64,000 nucleotides of DNA, from NCBI GenBank assembly GCA_023484515.1, contig JAMDAY010000028.1, positions 2,544-66,543 on the forward strand. The letters run 5' to 3'. The translations under genes and the position numbers were made by a program. The notes under the pieces are model-generated. The model worked only from the letters and a program-made list of their open reading frames with translations, was not told where the DNA came from and did no database searches. Below are positions 57,478 to 64,000 of the stretch, piece after piece. The stretch comes from Patescibacteria group bacterium. Lineage in GTDB: Bacteria; Patescibacteriota; Doudnabacteria; UBA920. Positions within the stretch are counted from its first letter, which is position 1. The number at the start of each line of letters is the position of its first letter.

Positions 57478-57680
57478 AAAGTTAAGTTTAATAATAAAAG
57501 CCCTCTTGCAAGGGCTTTGAAATGTTGAAGAAAATTTCGGGTAACTTAAATCCAGCCCTTGCGATTAAGGTTCATCAGTTGCATCATCATTTCGGTTTTG
57601 GCAAATTTAAGCTGGTTCATATGCTTCAATTATACGCTATCTAAGAAAAGTGTCAAGGATACGAGTGTCAAGGATACGAG

Positions 57681-59015
57681 TTATTTTCCTAAAACTACTA
57701 TTTTATTTTCCAGTATTAATTTGCTTTTTAGGCTACTCAGCAATTCTCGTTTTTCAATCGCACTTCCTGACTTTAGTAAATATTTGGCGTAAGATTTGGG
57801 GTCTATGGCTGGCGGATTCTTGACATCAACTTTTTCTCCGCCCAACATCCCCTGAAATTTATTGTACCGTTCAAATTCCTGGTCAATCTGATGCCGCACG
57901 CTCAGCCCGTTTACATCCATTTGGTCTATTAAATTTATTAGCTGCGCGATTAATTCTTCTTCCCGCAAATACCCGCCCTTGCATTTTAAGTCCCTCGCCC
58001 GGGTACAGCCGTAGTAAATATACCTAGCGGTCGTGCCATCTTTGAGCTGCTTAAGCTTGTCCTGGGCGGTTATGCCAGAACCGCAATGACCGCAGGTGAT
58101 CAGTTTGATAAAAGCAAATTCCTTAATATTATATGGATGACCTTCTTTGTTCAGTTGCTCCTGGACTTTTTGGAATAACTCCTGGGTTATGATGGGAGTA
58201 AATTTTCCAGTATACCATTGGCCGCTCTTTTCCGGCCATTCGTGGACGCCGTAGTACATAGTGCGGCGTAAAATTCGGTAAATGTTTCCTAGCGCCAGGT
58301 GTTTGCCGTTTTTGGTCGTAAATTTTATTTTGTCTTTCAGCCAGAAGTATAGTTCCCTGCCACTGCTGTGCTGGTAAGCCACTCGCTCAAACATTTTTTT
58401 AATAATTGGCGCTCGCTTGGGGTCGATTATTAAACTTCCTTTGCGATCGGAACGATTTTCGTTAAGATAGCCAGTCGGGGCCTGCCCCGGCCACATGCCC
58501 ATTTCTACTCTGGCTCGCAGTCCCCGTTTGACGTTTACGCTCTTGTTATCGTTCTCCAATTTGGCCTGGCTACACAAAATCATTAGCAGGAATTTTTCAC
58601 TTGGCGAGTTGGTAAATTTTTGGCCATAGGTACGGATTTCCAGCAGTAGCTTTTGGTCCATCAAATCTACCAGACTGCCTAAATCCCCGGCATTGCGGGA
58701 AAGCCTGTCCGGCGCCCAGGTCAGGATAGCATTAAATTTCCCCGACCTGATTTCCGAAACAATCTCGTTAAAAGTTTCCCGTCCACCTGATGCTTTAGCC
58801 GAGTGGCTTTCTCGTTTTGTCTCTACTATATTAAGTCCCTCCCGCTCCGCAATCTGCAGCATTTCTTTAATTTGGCTGTCTATAGAAAGGATCTGTTTTT
58901 CCTCCTGCTCCGTGCTTTTACGGGCATAGAGGCAGTACTTAATTGGCACGGCCGCTGCGGTCGGGTTGGCCGCTTTAGTCCTCTCCAAAACTCTCTGTAA
59001 TACTTGATCATTCAT
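57681..59015 (-). CDS. large serine recombinase (resolvase catalytic domain, recombinase domain, zinc ribbon)
   Basis: CLYARKSTEQEE (catalytic Ser), ...DRLSRN and C-terminal CGHCG...YYGCTRARDLKCK are present. Confidence 0.85.
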   Translation of the reverse strand: MNDQVLQRVLERTKAANPTAAAVPIKYCLYARKSTEQEEKQILSIDSQIKEMLQIAEREGLNIVETKRESHSAKASGGRETFNEIVSEIRSGKFNAILTWAPDRLSRNAGDLGSLVDLMDQKLLLEIRTYGQKFTNSPSEKFLLMILCSQAKLENDNKSVNVKRGLRARVEMGMWPGQAPTGYLNENRSDRKGSLIIDPKRAPIIKKMFERVAYQHSSGRELYFWLKDKIKFTTKNGKHLALGNIYRILRRTMYYGVHEWPEKSGQWYTGKFTPIITQELFQKVQEQLNKEGHPYNIKEFAFIKLITCGHCGSGITAQDKLKQLKDGTTARYIYYGCTRARDLKCKGGYLREEELIAQLINLIDQMDVNGLSVRHQIDQEFERYNKFQGMLGGEKVDVKNPPAIDPKSYAKYLLKSGSAIEKRELLSSLKSKLILENKIVVLGK

Positions 59016-59166
59016 GGCTTATGTTATTAATGATTACAACACATTAATGACGCGACCCTGGTGAGTAGTCTAGACGCAGAAGTAGATAAACTGTAGGTAA
59101 CCAACATTTCCAAAAACCCCACAAAAATGCTAAGATTAGTGGGTACTTTACTTCTTAAATCGCCTT

Positions 59167-60807
59167 ATGAACAAAGCTGAATCAATACCGGATATCTTAT
59201 CCCGGCGCAAGGAAATTGAACAGGAAATAGAAGGCTTGCTGCGGCAAACCGGCAGCAATTTTAATTTGAGAGACATAAAAGAAGCAATCTATAACGAAAC
59301 TGAGCAAAATGATCTTGCTAAAATGCTTCGGATGTTCGACACCGGCCAAGAAGGCATCGAATTAAATAATATTATGGAAACGCTTATGGATGCCTGGAAC
59401 TATTTTCCTCATAAATCCTTGGGCGGCATCTCGCCAGCCGAGAAATCTTTGGAATCACCAAAGGGCAGCCGCCCGACCACCGGCTTCGTCCCTTTTGAAA
59501 TCCGTTTTCCCAAGCTGGCCGAAAAATATCTGATTAATTTTACCATCCCGCCGGGACATGCAACTTTGCCTGGCGGAGTATACACCGTCAAACCCAGCTT
59601 TTGCCTGGAAATCTACGACGGCTGTGACTGCCGCAAGTCAATTTTGAATGTTTACGACAAAAAGAGCGAACATCTGGCCTCGGTACATTACGGATGGGAA
59701 GATCCAAGTTACTATGTCCGCAAATTTCCTGATGTCCCCGGCGTGGACGAAATGTCTGGCCTATATCTGGAACCGATGTGCTATCAAAGCAAGCTTGCTC
59801 CAGCTATACTTGATGAACTTAAAAATGGTTTTAATAATTTGCAATGGGATAAAATCATTGAGCTGCAATACAAAGTCTGGTATCAGTGCCTGACCGGAGA
59901 AAATGTCGCGGAAGTCAAGGACAATGAAACTGCCTATGCATTATTAGACCAGCAGCTTTATGGCATCCCCTATAATGCCATCAAATTTTTAAGGCAGCAG
60001 CCGACCACGACACAATTATTCGATCAGATTATTTTTTCTTCAATCCACGCCTACGATGACACCTATTATGACGAGCAGTTTGACTGGAACCACGCCACGC
60101 CCTTGTGGTATGCGATAGTGGCCGAAAATCACTTAACCGAAAAGTTGATTGATCCGGTGCTCGCTTTGTTTGCCGAAGATTCTAATGAAACCTGGGATTT
60201 TTTGGATGAGCAGGGAGAAAAACTTTTAGGCTTGCTGGTAGATAAATTTCCAGGAAAAACCATTGCCAAAACCAAAACCTTTTTGGATAAGCTGCTCAAG
60301 AAAAACATCAAGTCACCGTATCTGCATACTGCCGCAGTTTTTGAACATAAAGCCGCCAGAGCTGAAATTCCCTGGCTACTGAAATTTATCAGCCACCCCA
60401 ATAATCAGTGGCAGGGATACTATGCTTACTTGCTTGCCAAACAAGGTATTACGGAAGCCATACCAACCTTAAAGGCCATGCATGCAAAAATCAAAAATGA
60501 CCTGGAGCGGCGAGAGATTGAGACTGCGATTGAAGACTTGGAATATTTGAAGACTACCGGCAAAAAAAGATCGGATGAGGATATTCTCGAATACAACGAA
60601 GATTACAATTGGGAAACTCATTTTAAAAAATTTGAAGACCGCTTTTACCCCGATGAAGAGGATAATGAAGATGACGCAGGTGAGATATTTGATGAAGAAT
60701 TTGAGGAACGCACTGGCAAATACTTATATGCCAAGCCGGGCACGCCCAGGAACGCGCCTTGCCCCTGCGGCAGCGGTAAAAAATATCGCAAATGCCATGG
60801 AAAATAA
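59167..60807 (+). CDS. SEC-C motif protein with helical-repeat body
   Basis: The C-terminal PCPCGSGKKYRKCHGK is the SEC-C metal-binding motif. Confidence 0.55.
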   Translation: MNKAESIPDILSRRKEIEQEIEGLLRQTGSNFNLRDIKEAIYNETEQNDLAKMLRMFDTGQEGIELNNIMETLMDAWNYFPHKSLGGISPAEKSLESPKGSRPTTGFVPFEIRFPKLAEKYLINFTIPPGHATLPGGVYTVKPSFCLEIYDGCDCRKSILNVYDKKSEHLASVHYGWEDPSYYVRKFPDVPGVDEMSGLYLEPMCYQSKLAPAILDELKNGFNNLQWDKIIELQYKVWYQCLTGENVAEVKDNETAYALLDQQLYGIPYNAIKFLRQQPTTTQLFDQIIFSSIHAYDDTYYDEQFDWNHATPLWYAIVAENHLTEKLIDPVLALFAEDSNETWDFLDEQGEKLLGLLVDKFPGKTIAKTKTFLDKLLKKNIKSPYLHTAAVFEHKAARAEIPWLLKFISHPNNQWQGYYAYLLAKQGITEAIPTLKAMHAKIKNDLERREIETAIEDLEYLKTTGKKRSDEDILEYNEDYNWETHFKKFEDRFYPDEEDNEDDAGEIFDEEFEERTGKYLYAKPGTPRNAPCPCGSGKKYRKCHGK

Positions 60808-61104
60808 TTTTTAGCTCTTGCGGATTATCCATGAGGTTTTGCGCCCATGCGCTCAGTTGCCACGTATTGCGTTTAGGGCAGGTGGTTCTTACCGCCGTCT
60901 ATCCGCTGTTTTGTGTAATTGTCAGCGGCCTTACCGCAAGATATAAATTTTTCTGCGGGGACATTAATGCCGGACTGGCAACTGTTCGTCAAGTTGGTAA
61001 CTTTTCGCTTAAAAACCTTGTAAAATTATGTTTCCTCACGCGTTAAATAAAATGGACAAAACAATGGTATTCGTGATAATATTTAACTACAAAGGATTAA
61101 TCAT

Positions 61105-61305
61105 ATGGCTATAGACTGGTCCAAAATCTATAAAAAATACAAAGGTCTCTGGGTGGCATTAAAGGATGATGAGCAGACCGTGGTTGCCAGTGGCAAGACC
61201 GCCAAGCAGGCTTTGGATATGGCAAAAGAAAAAGGTTTTAAGGAACCCATTTTGCACCGCGTACCGACCGAGGTTATGCCGTATGTCGGCAGCGCTTGGC
61301 TATGA
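61105..61305 (+). CDS. small DUF5678-like protein, partner of the retropepsin-like gene
   Basis: 66 aa. Overlaps the next ORF by 10 nt. Confidence 0.4.
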   Translation: MAIDWSKIYKKYKGLWVALKDDEQTVVASGKTAKQALDMAKEKGFKEPILHRVPTEVMPYVGSAWL

Positions 61306-61730
61306 CCATAAAGTTCAAATATAAAAAGATCCCCTTAACCGTAAAAGCCCCGCTTTTCGGTTTTTCTATTTTACGGCCAATTATACCGGTTCAGTTATTT
61401 GGCAATGGAGAAAAAATCAGCTACGAAGTCCTGCTGGATTCCGGAGCAGACACTTGCGTGTTTGACGGAAGCATTGGCGAGCTGTTAGGGCTTGATGTTA
61501 CCGCGGGAACGCCCGTGCAATTTAGCGGGGTGCAAAATGCAGCGGCTGCCAAAGCTTATTTGCATACGGTAGACTTAAGTTTAGGCGGACACAAACTATC
61601 CATTCCGGCCATTTTTTCTTTTGACCTCTCCGATAGAGGTTATGGGATTTTAGGACAAAAAGGATTTTTTGATTTGTTCTGTGTTAAATTTGATTATCAA
61701 AAAGAAGAAATTGAACTTAAGCAAAAATAA
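61296..61730 (+). CDS. retropepsin-like (clan AA) aspartic protease
   Basis: VLLDSGADTCVF contains the DSGA active-site motif. About 144 aa. Confidence 0.5.
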   Translation: MAMTIKFKYKKIPLTVKAPLFGFSILRPIIPVQLFGNGEKISYEVLLDSGADTCVFDGSIGELLGLDVTAGTPVQFSGVQNAAAAKAYLHTVDLSLGGHKLSIPAIFSFDLSDRGYGILGQKGFFDLFCVKFDYQKEEIELKQK

Positions 61731-61734
61731 TTTT

Positions 61735-62331
61735 ATGATTACCAATCCACACCGAAAAAAACAAATTGAAGAATTTACCGACAAAGACCATGCTGTCATG
61801 AGCAAGTTTTATGATGTCACAGAAGAGATAGCAGACCGCAAAAAATTAAAAAAAGAAATGCGCCAACTTATTGAGGAAGATCCGCTATTCTTTGATCCAT
61901 ACATAACTTTAGCCGACTTGCTTCTGGACGAAGGAAAGGAAACAGAAGCGAAGAAGTTAATCAACGACGCATATCAAAAGGCCATGCTACTGATTGCGGA
62001 TAAAGACGGAAACTGGCCAAAGGAAATGGCTTGGGGCTGGCTGGAAAATCGCCATATTATGAGAGCCATAGAGCATTATGCCTACCAAGTATGGGAAGAA
62101 GGTAAGGCTGAAGAGGCTCTGGATATTTTCCGCAGGCTGCTTAAAACAAATCCAGGAGATAACCAGGGCGCAAGGCATAGCATTTTAGCCATTCGTTTAG
62201 GTCTGAACACCGATTGGGAAGAACAGTTCATGGTCAAAGACGGCCCCATGGCGGGCCAGGCTTTGGAAGCAGGCCCTTTACACGAATGGTTCGATAAAAA
62301 TGCCAAGAAATTTCCGGAAGAATTTGATTGA
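61735..62331 (+). CDS. helical-repeat (TPR-like) hypothetical protein
   Basis: The start was chosen at MITNPHRK after the preceding stop. The ORF is clean. Confidence 0.45.
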   Translation: MITNPHRKKQIEEFTDKDHAVMSKFYDVTEEIADRKKLKKEMRQLIEEDPLFFDPYITLADLLLDEGKETEAKKLINDAYQKAMLLIADKDGNWPKEMAWGWLENRHIMRAIEHYAYQVWEEGKAEEALDIFRRLLKTNPGDNQGARHSILAIRLGLNTDWEEQFMVKDGPMAGQALEAGPLHEWFDKNAKKFPEEFD

Positions 62332-62719
62332 AAAAAGCGGCTAACCCGGCCGCCGGTTGTGTCTACTAAACGGGGTACGCATCACCATAGACTGTCTCAT
62401 ACTGTCCCATTTTCCGGTTTTAGACCAGCGACGCGGGTGCTTCGAGTAGCTACGGAAAAGACACCCCAAAACCCTTTGAAAGACTGCCCAAGACTTGTTT
62501 ATACACGCCAGTGCACTACCAAATTAAAATAGCCAAAATTTTGGCTATTTTAATTTGTTCCGAGCGAAGGCCACATAGCGGGAGGAGAAGAGAGGTGTGT
62601 AATTAAAGGGCGTGCAAAATAGAAATTTTATATTTGGCTCCTCTTTATGAGTTGGGTTTGGTTTTTGTTTTTTAAGAATAAAGGAAGTTTTGCGTTTTAT
62701 TATATTGTCGGGAAATAGT

Positions 62720-62748
62720 TTGACATACAAAATATTTGAGAGTAGAAT
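62720..62748 (+). promoter_or_regulatory. sigma70 promoter TTGACA-17-TAGAAT upstream of marR
   Basis: Read directly from the sequence. Confidence 0.5.
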
Positions 62749-62770
62749 GAACTTACTTAAGCTGATAAAT

Positions 62771-63220
62771 ATGCCCCAAGAGATAAAACGTTCCATTTTA
62801 AGCCATTTGCACCATGTGGGCCGGTATATGCGGCAGCAGGGGGAAATGGGCATGGGCGTGGAGCATCTCACCATGCACCAGGTCCAGGCCTTGTTTTTCG
62901 TAAAAAAACGCCAGCCCGTGCGGATGCGCGATTTGGCGGAAAATTTGCGCATTTCCCCGGGTTCTACTTCGCTGTTTTCCGACCGCCTGGTCGAATCCGG
63001 CTGGCTATCGCGCTGCCAGGACAAAAACGACCGGCGCGCAGTTTGCCTGAAGCTTTCATTGGCGGCGGAAAAAAAACTGGACCGGATGTTCAAAGAGAGG
63101 TTTGAGCGCGTCGGCCGCATGCTGGACGCGCTAAGTCCCAAGGACCAGCGCGAACTTGACCGCATATTGGGGCAGCTTGAGGATTTTGCATCCCGCAATA
63201 TCGCAAAGGCGAGAGAATAA
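62771..63220 (+). CDS. MarR-family transcriptional regulator
   Basis: LTMHQVQALFFVKKRQPVRMRDLAENLRISPGSTSLFSDRLVESGWLSRCQDKNDRRAVCL. The start was chosen downstream of the predicted promoter. Confidence 0.65.
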   Translation: MPQEIKRSILSHLHHVGRYMRQQGEMGMGVEHLTMHQVQALFFVKKRQPVRMRDLAENLRISPGSTSLFSDRLVESGWLSRCQDKNDRRAVCLKLSLAAEKKLDRMFKERFERVGRMLDALSPKDQRELDRILGQLEDFASRNIAKARE

Positions 63221-63410
63221 AGGCGTCCGGCAGGATGGTTTTACGGTCACCGCCAAGGACACAGCCAATCAAGAGGTTGTTGAAAAATATTATCAGGCCA
63301 TACTAAAGGATAAATCCTTCTTGGCGAATATCAAGAAAGCATTGGGACTAAATTTTTGTATTGCAGCCAGGCAATGTTGTTGGCCTGTTTTTATAATCAT
63401 AAAAAACATC

Positions 63411-64000
63411 CATGAGAAAACTTTTTAAATACCTTATTCCTTATGCCGGACCGTTAATTTTGCTGGTTGCCTTAACCTATGGACAGGTTGCGGCCAATTT
63501 GGCCCTGCCCGATTATATGGCCAGCATAGTGAACCGGGGAATTGTGGGGCAAAGTTCCGGCATTATTTACCATTACGGGTGGTTGATGCTTTTGGTCACC
63601 CTGGCCGGCGGCTTGTGCATGGTCGCGGTCGGCTATATTGCTTCCCGAATTGCCGCCGGGTTCGCACAGCGCGTGCGCGACCTGGCTTTTTCCAAAGTGG
63701 AAGATTTTTCCCTGGTGGAATTCAATAAATTTTCCACTGCTTCGCTCATTACCAGGAATACTAACGATATCCAGCAAATCCAAACCATTTTGGTTATGCT
63801 GCTCAGGCTGGCTTTAAGGGCGCCGCTCATGGGCGCCTTGTCCATTTGGAAGGCCTACCAACTGGCCCCTTCCATGACCTGGATTATGGCAGCGGCGGTT
63901 ACGGCCTTGATAGTGTTGGTTTCCGTCCTGTTTGCCATAGCAATGCCGCGATTTACCAAACTGCAGAAATTGGTGGACAAGCTTAACCTGGTGACCCGCG
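63411..64000 (+). CDS. ABC multidrug-exporter-type permease/ATPase, N-terminal TM domain (3'-truncated at the window edge)
   Basis: MRKLFKYLIPYAGPLILLVALTYGQVAANLALPDYMASIVNRGI... is typical of the MsbA/LmrA-type TMD N-terminus. The frame is open to nt 64000. It is not in the supplied ORF track because it has no stop. Confidence 0.6.

Overview
Bacterial chromosomal window, about 48% GC, on the scale of a small uncultivated genome. Housekeeping content: the 3' part of polA, uvrB, tRNA-Ala, ruvA, a FemAB-family gene, a MurE-like ligase, a truncated tsaB, rpsT, rpoB and rpoC (separated by an invaded 540-bp spacer), valS, tsaD, a YhhQ-type transporter and two MarR regulators. Between these sits an unusual load of small palindromic and repetitive DNA. 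Five copies of a GTAG-headed REP-like hairpin (TGTAGGG...CCCTACA) occur, and two of them are inserted in-frame inside uvrB and valS. Two REP-associated tyrosine transposase (RAYT, IS200-like) genes each carry their own REP hairpins in flanking and in-ORF positions. A MITE with TGTCATTGCGAG terminal inverted repeats occurs twice. Arrays of ACGGAT hexamers and a 9-bp minisatellite are dispersed through intergenic DNA. In-frame lysine-rich repeat insertions are present in tsaD. Three small IVS-type genes (two four-helix-bundle/Avd-like, one frameshifted GxxExxY) each sit inside an inverted-repeat cassette. Two paralogous excisionase-like HTH genes precede surface-protein loci. One is a 2575-aa giant protein with a collagen-like run, about 11 NVGIGTT tail-fibre repeats, a C-terminal Peptidase-S74 intramolecular-chaperone domain and a low-complexity tail. 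The other is a DUF2341-LamG pseudogene. The window also holds a Fic/Doc gene with a RhuM-like N-terminus, a HicAB pair, and a DUF5678 plus retropepsin-like pair. Downstream of tRNA-Glu lies an accessory island bounded by a large serine recombinase. It carries an AT-rich orphan gene and a SAM-hydroxide-adenosyltransferase (DUF62)/cupin/small-protein cassette. The valS 5'UTR has a T-box-like GGUACCGCC core, a terminator hairpin and seven CGCTGAT repeats. All calls come from reading the sequence and recalling protein-family motifs. No database search was run.
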